Source: a virus
Virus genome (UHGV): UHGV-0222911
Reading direction: 5' to 3' (one strand)
DNA length: 64,000 nt
Part shown: positions 57,167 through 64,000 of the stretch, piece after piece
Layout: every line of letters starts with the position of its first letter
Position numbering within the stretch: the first letter of the stretch is position 1
The notes under the pieces: generated by a model
What the model saw: only the letters and a program-made list of their open reading frames with translations
What the model was told of the DNA's origin: nothing
Databases searched by the model: none
Program-made: the position numbers and the translations under genes

Positions 57167-57463
57167 ATGAAATTATCAAATAAAGTCCGTGAAAACCTTA
57201 GCAAGTTACTCAACAAAATTGATTTCATTGAAACATCAAGAAATAGCCATGATGTTATGGAATGGTTACACGGCAAAATAAAAGGCCGTCGTGTAGTGAT
57301 TTGTCTATGGAATAGTTGCAGGGAGTATAAAAAACCTGTATTGCAAATTAATGTTTATGATGATACTTATAAAAGCCCTGTTAAGTCTGAAAGTGATTTA
57401 CTAGATTCTTATGAGATAACTGTAAATGGCAAAGTATCACGTAAAGAGGAAGCACTATGTTAA
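57167..57463 (+). CDS. early-region small protein (unknown)
   Basis: 98 aa; preceded by short form of conserved leader CCTAAACTGGAGATTCAAAAATG. Confidence 0.45.
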   Translation: MKLSNKVRENLSKLLNKIDFIETSRNSHDVMEWLHGKIKGRRVVICLWNSCREYKKPVLQINVYDDTYKSPVKSESDLLDSYEITVNGKVSRKEEALC

Positions 57464-57789
57464 TGATGGGTATCACTGCAATCATAGCCATTATGGCACT
57501 TTACAAGGCTTACAGCGCCTATAATCTGGCAAGTAAGGCAATCACGCAACAGGTTAATAATAACCTTGTAATGAGCTTTCTGGAGCGTTTAAGTGATGAA
57601 CAATTGAAACGGTTAGAAATGAGCTTCAGATTTCAATCGAGAACTTATCAAATCAGCGACATTTTCAAAGATGATTTTCAGCTAGTCGATGATTATAATT
57701 CTCTGATAAATGCTTTAAATATCAGTGACTTAAAAGACTATTACTCTGTAATTGTTCAAGAATTGAGCAAACGAAAACAAAACTGTTGA
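57457..57789 (+). CDS. early-region small membrane protein
   Basis: 110 aa; N-terminal TM (MGITAIIAIMALY); ATG overlaps previous stop. Confidence 0.4.
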   Translation: MLMMGITAIIAIMALYKAYSAYNLASKAITQQVNNNLVMSFLERLSDEQLKRLEMSFRFQSRTYQISDIFKDDFQLVDDYNSLINALNISDLKDYYSVIVQELSKRKQNC

Positions 57790-57814
57790 CACTGATTTTT
57801 AGATAGATTAAATT
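57786..57814 (+). promoter_or_regulatory. sigma70-like early promoter (module A2)
   Basis: TTGACA - 17 nt - TAAATT; hairpin 57825-57845; leader to ATG 57880. Confidence 0.6.
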
Positions 57815-57879
57815 ACACATCAACGGGGAGGGAATGAACTTCCCCACTAAATAAAGTCCTTAAACTAGGAGATTCGAAA

Positions 57880-58152
57880 ATGTATACTACTAACAACGGT
57901 CGTACTCTAAATGTAACTTTGCGCCACTATGTTGACGGTGTAATGCACTTTGAGGATTTACAGGCTGAACAACACATCTTAGATTGGCAAGTAGCAGGAC
58001 TCCAAAAAACTGCTACAGGATACGGGAAAAAGATTCCAACTAGCTGGAAAGTATACTACGAAGGACGTTTGCGCAGAATTTATCAGGATGTATGTAGCAA
58101 TAGCGCAACAAGTTACATCATGGTAAAAGGTAAAAAATTGCACTTAGTATAA
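57880..58152 (+). CDS. early-region small protein (unknown)
   Basis: 90 aa. Confidence 0.5.
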   Translation: MYTTNNGRTLNVTLRHYVDGVMHFEDLQAEQHILDWQVAGLQKTATGYGKKIPTSWKVYYEGRLRRIYQDVCSNSATSYIMVKGKKLHLV

Positions 58153-58237
58153 AGTACTTTACAAGGGGCTTATAGTTCGATAAAGTAAGCCCCAGATAAA
58201 GAGCTTTACCACTAAATCCTAAATTGGAGATTCAAAA
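58150..58237 (+). promoter_or_regulatory. conserved intergenic module B3
   Basis: Near-identical to B1; hairpin 58165-58193. Confidence 0.55.
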
Positions 58238-58642
58238 ATGGCTATTAATAATCGTGAGTTGTCAATCTTAAAAGCACGTTTGACCGTTAACCGGATTAAT
58301 GTTATCACGTCATCAGCACCAGATGAAACACTGCAAAACATTATTGGGAAGATTCAAAGTGTTATCTTAGATGTTGAAAGCGTAAAAAACTCATTGGCTG
58401 ACGTTGCAGCAGGTATCACGCTAGACGGTGCACAATATGAAATGGCTGACATGTTAGGCAAATCAAAGGTAATGAATAAAGAGCTTGATTTAAAAATGTT
58501 TCGTTTTGCCGTGAAAGTGTGGCTATCTGTCGAGTATGACGCAAATTTTGCAATTGCTGACTTTTTTGCAACATGGTTGCAACGTAATTTAACAAATCAT
58601 GATTTTCGTGATATCTGTGACGCAATTTACGCAGAACTCTAA
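58238..58642 (+). CDS. early-region small protein (unknown)
   Basis: 134 aa. Confidence 0.5.
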   Translation: MAINNRELSILKARLTVNRINVITSSAPDETLQNIIGKIQSVILDVESVKNSLADVAAGITLDGAQYEMADMLGKSKVMNKELDLKMFRFAVKVWLSVEYDANFAIADFFATWLQRNLTNHDFRDICDAIYAEL

Positions 58643-58649
58643 AAAACTG

Positions 58650-58678
58650 TTGACACTGATTTTTAGATAGATTAAATT
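58650..58678 (+). promoter_or_regulatory. sigma70-like early promoter (module A3)
   Basis: Identical to A2: TTGACA - 17 nt - TAAATT; hairpin 58689-58709. Confidence 0.6.
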
Positions 58679-58740
58679 ACTCATCAACGGGGAGGGAATG
58701 AACTTCCCCACTAAGTAAAATCCTAAACTGGAGATTCAAA

Positions 58741-58941
58741 ATGGCTATTATTAACGGCTTAACCATTGAAACAACACACATCAAAGACATCAAAGTTGGG
58801 GATGTAGTCCTTTCCCACGGCGTAGAAAAAACTGTCACTGCAAAGGATATCAAAGAGGATTCTTTCATGGGTAGAACTCTCTTTGGTGATTCTTATTGCT
58901 TAGGTTATCTTGCAGTTTTAAAAGTTGTCAAAATTAACTGA
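58741..58941 (+). CDS. early-region small protein (unknown)
   Basis: 66 aa. Confidence 0.45.
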   Translation: MAIINGLTIETTHIKDIKVGDVVLSHGVEKTVTAKDIKEDSFMGRTLFGDSYCLGYLAVLKVVKIN

Positions 58942-59029
58942 TAAAGTACTTTACAGGGGGCTTAAAAGTTGGTATCTTAAGCCCCAGATAAAGAACTTTA
59001 CTACTCAATCCTAAACTGGAGATTCAAAA
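58942..59029 (+). promoter_or_regulatory. conserved intergenic module B4
   Basis: Same as B2; hairpin 58957-58985. Confidence 0.55.
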
Positions 59030-59572
59030 ATGAAATGCTTTCACGGTACTACTCAAGAAAACTTTATCAACCTGATTAATAACGGTGATAAGCCATCAGG
59101 TGCATGGAATTGTTCGGATATGGACGGCAATTTTTACGTTTATCCAGAAAATAAAATCTATGGCGACGATGAGGAAGAGATAACATCTGAAGGCATTCAG
59201 CAAGCTTTAGGTAATGCCACTATTACCGCAGCGTTTCAGATGAAAACTCAAAATATTGTTATCTTGGAACTTGATATTCCAGAGGATGAGTTGAATGATG
59301 ATTATTCTTGTGATAATATGTCGAGTGTGGCAAGTTTTACAGAGTATTTTGATATAAGCTGGATTAAAAAGGTTTACATCACTGAATTTAATGCTATGTT
59401 TTCACCTTTTTGTCTTCCTTCACTGGATAACCCAAATTTGAACTATCTTGATGAGTCTCTGGAACTTCTCGCTAAAAGTGTTCAACAATCAGACAGTGTT
59501 CAGGTTTTTTGTGACATCATGGATACACTAACAGGAAACATCATAGAAAGTGATTTGAAGAGCTTTTTATAA
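59030..59572 (+). CDS. strongly acidic early protein (unknown)
   Basis: 180 aa, Asp/Glu-rich with few basic residues. Confidence 0.5.
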   Translation: MKCFHGTTQENFINLINNGDKPSGAWNCSDMDGNFYVYPENKIYGDDEEEITSEGIQQALGNATITAAFQMKTQNIVILELDIPEDELNDDYSCDNMSSVASFTEYFDISWIKKVYITEFNAMFSPFCLPSLDNPNLNYLDESLELLAKSVQQSDSVQVFCDIMDTLTGNIIESDLKSFL

Positions 59573-59604
59573 AAACCTATGCAATCACCTTATAAACACT
59601 GATT

Positions 59605-59625
59605 AGCCCCTCACAGGGGCTTTTA
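59605..59625 (+). terminator. hairpin + T-run
   Basis: AGCCCC tcaca GGGGCT followed by TTT. Confidence 0.45.
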
Positions 59626-59638
59626 GGAGGCTTTAATC

Positions 59639-59872
59639 ATGCTTACAACCGTTTATCTCATCCTTTCTATTTGTAATGGTCATTCATGCGATTTTAAAGG
59701 GCTTGAGGAGTTTACAGGGAGTAAAGAAAATGCCATTCAGGTCTGTCAGATAGCAAGACAAGACTATCCCGCCAGTGATGATATACAATGTTACTTTAAG
59801 ACAGAAGATAAAGACGGCATCTATTTTGACAGCGTAGACGGTCAATATGAAATCATCATTGAAAAAGACTAG
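59639..59872 (+). CDS. early-region small protein (unknown)
   Basis: 77 aa; SD GGAGG before ATG. Confidence 0.45.
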   Translation: MLTTVYLILSICNGHSCDFKGLEEFTGSKENAIQVCQIARQDYPASDDIQCYFKTEDKDGIYFDSVDGQYEIIIEKD

Positions 59873-59898
59873 ACAAGCTTGATAAAAGTCTGTAAATT
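59870..59898 (+). promoter_or_regulatory. sigma70-like early promoter (module A4)
   Basis: TAGACA - 17 nt - TAAATT; hairpin 59909-59929. Confidence 0.5.
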
Positions 59899-59963
59899 AC
59901 TAATCAACGGGGAGGGAATGGCCTTCCCCACTAAATAAAGTCCTTAAACTAGGAGATTCTAAA

Positions 59964-60305
59964 ATGGCTTATGTAACTGTAATTACCGATAAAGAGAATT
60001 CATCTTGGTCAACTCAGGTTAGTGATAAGATGTCACCTATGCAGTGCCTAAAATACTTTGAGCAGTGGAACAAAGGCGAAGATGTAAGCCCCTTTCAGGT
60101 AATGCAAATCATCCATACAGATAACGAAGGGAATAAAACGACACTGAATAGCGAGTACTACGCAAGCCGTTTTGAAACGAGAAGTAAAACAATGAAGATT
60201 TTACGTGAATCCGGCTATTCTCATATTGCCGCGCTAATCTGGGATGACCTGCTAAAAAGTCAGCGTATCAGCTATGTAAAACCTGAAAAAATATTTATCA
60301 GTTAA
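59964..60305 (+). CDS. early-region small protein (unknown)
   Basis: 113 aa. Confidence 0.5.
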   Translation: MAYVTVITDKENSSWSTQVSDKMSPMQCLKYFEQWNKGEDVSPFQVMQIIHTDNEGNKTTLNSEYYASRFETRSKTMKILRESGYSHIAALIWDDLLKSQRISYVKPEKIFIS

Positions 60306-60434
60306 TCAATAACTTACAAAAAACTTTTAAAAAGATGTTGACAATCCCTCTTGACATTGGTAACTTTGTTCGAGGGGGTTTATCTAAAAGGGATTAACTT
60401 AAAAGATTCTTTATAGATAAACTTAAAAAATTGC

Positions 60435-60463
60435 TTGCAATCAGATATCAAAACAAGTAAATT
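60435..60463 (+). promoter_or_regulatory. sigma70-like early promoter (module A5)
   Basis: TTGCAA - 17 nt - TAAATT; variant hairpin GGGAGG caataa CCTCCC at 60475-60492; two extra TTGACA at ~60345-60366. Confidence 0.5.
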
Positions 60464-60527
60464 ACTCATCAACGGGGAGGCAATAACCTCCCTACTAAGT
60501 AAAATCCTTAAACTAGGAGATTCAAAA

Positions 60528-61058
60528 ATGAACAAGTTCAAAGCTATCAACTATATTCGTTCAAATAATGTAATGTCTAAGCCTGTTAAAGATACCTATG
60601 AATTTCGTTGTAATGGGGTACACTTTGCAACCATTACCAAATCAGAAAACGGAGCTTATTACGTTCATCGTCGTAATGTTGCAACCGTTGTAGTCTCTCA
60701 CTTTATGCAAGCTGTTGCGGAACTTCTCCCGCTGTTTTTAGGTCTTTACTTAGATGAGTGTAAAAACGTTCACAGCCACGTTAAAAACCTTTTAAACAGT
60801 TATAAAATGGCTTATGAACGTTCTATTCATAATTTGAACAAGTTCTATAAAGCCCCTGAAAATACTGTGTCAATAGCTTATGACGTAAGCGGTGAAATGG
60901 TCAATCTCTCCAATGTAGAACAAATTAACCTTTATGATTTACGTCCTAACGGTTACGCTAAAACTCTCGGTGAAGGTTTAACGTTTAATATCAAGAACTT
61001 AGAAAAAACTTTAAAAGATATTGAAAAAGATATTGACGAGACAACCAAAAATCTGTAA
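60528..61058 (+). CDS. early-region protein (unknown)
   Basis: 176 aa from ATG placed by conserved leader (longest ORF starts 60435 within promoter). Confidence 0.5.
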   Translation: MNKFKAINYIRSNNVMSKPVKDTYEFRCNGVHFATITKSENGAYYVHRRNVATVVVSHFMQAVAELLPLFLGLYLDECKNVHSHVKNLLNSYKMAYERSIHNLNKFYKAPENTVSIAYDVSGEMVNLSNVEQINLYDLRPNGYAKTLGEGLTFNIKNLEKTLKDIEKDIDETTKNL

Positions 61059-61061
61059 ATT
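61033..61061 (+). promoter_or_regulatory. sigma70-like early promoter (module A6)
   Basis: TTGACG - 17 nt - TAAATT, inside 3' end of preceding CDS; hairpin 61072-61092. Confidence 0.5.
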
Positions 61062-61123
61062 GTCAATCAACGGGGAGGGAATGGCCTTCCCCACTAAGTA
61101 AAGTCCTAAACTGGAGATTCAAA

Positions 61124-61387
61124 ATGGAACACGTCGAACTGACCACACTTTTACAAATTGCAACCGACAAAGAGGATGTAGCACTATTCCACCGTATCGA
61201 AAGTGATTTGTTCAATGGTGAAATCATCAAAGAGTCTTACGAGGTTGTCGGATTCAAAGACGGTAAAGCATTCGGATTCTTTGACCTCGACAAAGGTAAC
61301 GCTATTACAAAGTACGATGTATTATCTTGTGAGATTCTGGCAAAATACAACGAAAAAAGACTTGCAACATACGCCAACATGCAGTAA
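61124..61387 (+). CDS. early-region small protein (unknown)
   Basis: 87 aa. Confidence 0.5.
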   Translation: MEHVELTTLLQIATDKEDVALFHRIESDLFNGEIIKESYEVVGFKDGKAFGFFDLDKGNAITKYDVLSCEILAKYNEKRLATYANMQ

Positions 61388-61391
61388 ATTA
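61362..61391 (+). promoter_or_regulatory. sigma70-like early promoter (module A7)
   Basis: TTGCAA - 18 nt - TAAATT; variant hairpin GGGAGG taatga CCTCCC at 61401-61418. Confidence 0.5.
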
Positions 61392-61452
61392 CTAATCAAC
61401 GGGAGGTAATGACCTCCCACTAAATAAAAACCTTAAACTAGGAGACTCTAAA

Positions 61453-61701
61453 ATGGCTACTATCCGCGCAACTGTTAATGCTTATGGCTGCTACACTCTG
61501 GATGTTAAATTTGATATTGGTGGAACTGATGAATGCTTTTCATTAGTGAAGACAGTTATCAAGCAAGTTATCCCAGATTATAACCCTACTGATGACTTCT
61601 GGAAAGACGCTGTAAAAGAGGCATTAAACGACGAGCATCACTATCATTACTGGGGTGATTTGATTGTCTCCCTGTACTACAGCAAACAAGGGTACAACTA
61701 A
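61453..61701 (+). CDS. early-region small protein (unknown)
   Basis: 82 aa; followed by two hairpins and a long T-run. Confidence 0.5.
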   Translation: MATIRATVNAYGCYTLDVKFDIGGTDECFSLVKTVIKQVIPDYNPTDDFWKDAVKEALNDEHHYHYWGDLIVSLYYSKQGYN

Positions 61702-61735
61702 TCGACGCAACGGGGCTAAATAGCCCCAGATACCT

Positions 61736-61769
61736 GAAAAGCTCCTTCTCATAGGGGCTTTTTTTTTTA
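61736..61769 (+). terminator. rho-independent terminator closing the early cluster
   Basis: AAAAGCTCC ttctcata GGGGCTTTT with 10-nt T-run. Confidence 0.6.
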
Positions 61770-61779
61770 CGTCTATGCA

Positions 61780-63420
61780 ATAGCCCCTATACAAGCCTTT
61801 CCCTTTCCTTTCCAGAATCTATCCCGTACCTTAAAAGCAATAACTCTATAGCTTACTCTATAGCCCCTTATCAAATCAACTTAAATAAAAGCCAATAACC
61901 CCAGAAAGGGGATGGCCTACTAATTGGTATTGTTACCAATCCCCTAAACGCTCTATAAAGCTCTATAACAGCCTTATCAACCTAACTTAAGGGATTGCAT
62001 TAACCCACTCTAAAAAGCCCTTTATAAAGCTTCCTATAGCCTTAAAAGAATCTTATAAGGGTGTAAGCTTTATCATCTCGTTAGTTATCTTGTGAATAAC
62101 TCAATAGCCCTTGATAGTCTCTAAAAAGTATGTTATAGGGGCTGTTAAGTTACTTTGAAGTTACGTAAAAGAGGCTATAAAGTTACGTAAACGCTAGCCC
62201 CCTTAACATTTTCTTAACAATTTCTTAACAATCCCTACATAGTTATGCTTTTAAGGCACTTGTTAGAGACTTGTTAGCCCCTTGTTAAATCTCTGTTAAG
62301 ACCACGTAAAAGCCTTGTAAGAGTCTTTGGCATAGCCTTTAAAGCTCCTATAAAGCCCTATAAAGAGGTGTCTGTATAGTTGGGGTGTAGTTACTAGGAA
62401 GAGACTTAAAAGAGCTTATAAGGGGCTATAGAGAGCTTTTAAGAGGTATGTTTAGAGAGTCACTAAAAGGGAAGGGAACAATAAGAAAAGAGTAGTGACC
62501 ATGTTAATAGCTTGTTAAAAAGATTAAACACTTGTTAGGAACTTGTTAATTATCTAATTGGTATTGTTACCAATCCCTAACAAAATAACTCTTTAAAATT
62601 AACTTGTTAGCTCTTGTTAGTCATCTGTTAAGATTCTGTAAAGTCTATGTATCAACTGTTAAGAAACTGTTACATCCTTGTTAGTTCTGTTAAGAATCTG
62701 TTAAGACCTTTGAAGAGTTGTTAAGAGGATGTAGTAGCTGTTAAGAGATTGTTAAGGATATTTTAAAATTTTGCAAAGTACTTGTAAGGGAGCTGTTAAG
62801 GGCTACCAAGCAGATATACATCTTCTACAGATATTTTTCAGTTCCTTCAAAGACCCTAAAAAATGACTTGACAGTCCTATTTTATAAAAATTTTAAAATT
62901 CTGAATAATTACCTAGACAGTCTTTTAAAAATACAGGCATAAACAGGCTTATAAGATACCTTGTTAGTACCGTGTTAGACCTTGTGAGATAAGGTCTGTA
63001 AAGATATTCCTGTTAAGTTTGTTAAAACAGTCTATATAGAGGCTTAGTATTTCCTAGTGAACACCTATAGAGAGTAACATAGCTAACCTAATGGGTTACT
63101 GTTAAGTAACACAGGTAACCTAGAGATTAAGAGGTGTATAGGAGCTTCTAAGAGGGTGTAGAGAGATGGTTAAGGTGATTGTATAGGTTGTTAAGAAGGC
63201 TTGTTAGAAGAGTGTTTAGAAGGGCTATACAGAGGGGCTATTAAGACCACTAGATAGATACTAAGATACTATATAGTACTATATAACTATATAGAGAGTA
63301 AGATTAAGAAGGTTGTTAAGAAGGATAGATATTTTATTCACATATGATGGTGACCCAGAGGTTGGGACAACCGATAAAATTTTATAAAAATTAAAAAGCC
63401 CCCAATTAAGGAGGCTCTTA
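61780..63420. repeat. ORF-free repeat-dense region (YTGTTAR and CTATAAAG short-repeat families, palindromes)
   Basis: No ORF of 60 aa or more on either strand; about 30 copies of CTGTTAAG/TTGTTAG-like words; CTATAAAG/CTATAG words at 61.84-62.45 kb; palindrome TTGGTATTGTTACCAA at ~61924 and ~62557. Confidence 0.7.
63393..63416 (-). terminator. terminator for minus-strand gene 63428..63985
   Basis: Minus strand AGCCTCC ttaatt GGGGGCT followed by TTTTT. Confidence 0.45.
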
Positions 63421-63427
63421 AGATATT

Positions 63428-63985
63428 TTAAATCAGTGTTTCCAGAACTGTCTTTAGTGATGACTTGGTTGTCTGATAAAAATGAGTAAATCCATTGTTA
63501 TTATCGAATACCTGCATCATGATATCATCTCCCTTGATTGGGTACACTCGGATATCATAGTGAAAACCATTAAAGACACAAGAACCACTACAGAATGCTC
63601 TAAAGTCATCCACTGAGATATACTCTTCATGACCTGTGATTTTTATACAAACACCTTTACTCGGTCTCTTAGGGTTGATATCTTCCATCACAGACATACT
63701 CTGTCCACCAAGAGATACCATAGTGACCACTTTACGGTTCTTCTGTTTAAAGTACATCTTAACTTTCTGCAAAGTGTCTTCATAGAACGGATACGACTTC
63801 TCTACAAAGATTCCTTCAAGTGGCTCTTTACCATTTTGAACCTCTCTGTAACCCCGTACTGCAAAGATAATTTGTTCTAACCTATTAAGGCTTTCTTCGT
63901 AGAGTGCTCCACGAATATCATTCCAGTCAAGGACTAGGTAGTTACCTTCAACTTCTTTTAAGTTATCTTTTTCCATAGCTATCAC
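63428..63985 (-). CDS. hypothetical protein
   Basis: 185 aa ORF near window end. Confidence 0.4.
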   Translation of the reverse strand: MIAMEKDNLKEVEGNYLVLDWNDIRGALYEESLNRLEQIIFAVRGYREVQNGKEPLEGIFVEKSYPFYEDTLQKVKMYFKQKNRKVVTMVSLGGQSMSVMEDINPKRPSKGVCIKITGHEEYISVDDFRAFCSGSCVFNGFHYDIRVYPIKGDDIMMQVFDNNNGFTHFYQTTKSSLKTVLETLI

Positions 63986-64000
63986 ACCATTATCGTAAAA

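Noticed and set aside
56030-61460. CRISPR array, considered because of the regularly recurring conserved ~60-90 bp sequences
   Set aside because: The repeats are promoter/leader modules preceding genes with start codons at a fixed offset; the intervening sequences are 200-600 bp coding regions, not short unique spacers
61780-63420. tRNA gene cluster in the large ORF-free region (and in 19610-20050)
   Set aside because: No T-loop-like GGTTCGAATCC-type motif or acceptor-stem complementarity was seen; the sequence is short-word repeats. Not run through a tRNA predictor, so a divergent tRNA cannot be fully excluded

Overview
This window reads as a contiguous piece of a large virulent myovirus genome; no host genes, tRNAs, CRISPR arrays or integrase are visible. 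The gene content (NadV-like plus Prs-like pair, rIIA-like, aerobic and anaerobic ribonucleotide reductases, ThyA, DHFR, family-A DNA polymerase, T7-type primase-helicase, HNH/GIY-YIG endonucleases) is what I would expect of a Felix O1-like (Ounavirinae) phage, but that assignment is inference from memory, not a search result. Layout: (1) 1-14.8 kb, plus strand, tail module (sheath/tube candidates, chaperone pair with a -1 slippery site, tape measure, Mu/P2-like baseplate block, two His-box tail fibres). (2) 14.85-25.8 kb, minus strand, ThyA, DHFR, small proteins, DNA ligase, DNA polymerase A. (3) 26-55.6 kb, plus strand, replication and nucleotide metabolism (dNMP kinase, primase-helicase, SSB-like, FEN, NrdA/NrdB/glutaredoxin, NrdD/NrdG, Prs-like plus NAMPT-like pair, rIIA-like, candidate lysis genes, macro-domain protein). 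(4) 55.6-61.7 kb, fourteen small early-type genes driven by repeated promoter/hairpin/leader modules. (5) 61.8-63.4 kb, an ORF-free repeat-dense region. The most unusual features are three arrays of strictly 5-nt-phased ACCNN repeats (GGT-phased on the minus strand) between minus-strand genes at 18.46-19.95 kb, the modular early-gene promoter/leader system, and the 1.6 kb repeat region. All functional calls rest on motifs I recognise by eye plus synteny; coordinates of regulatory elements were counted by hand and may be off by a base or two.
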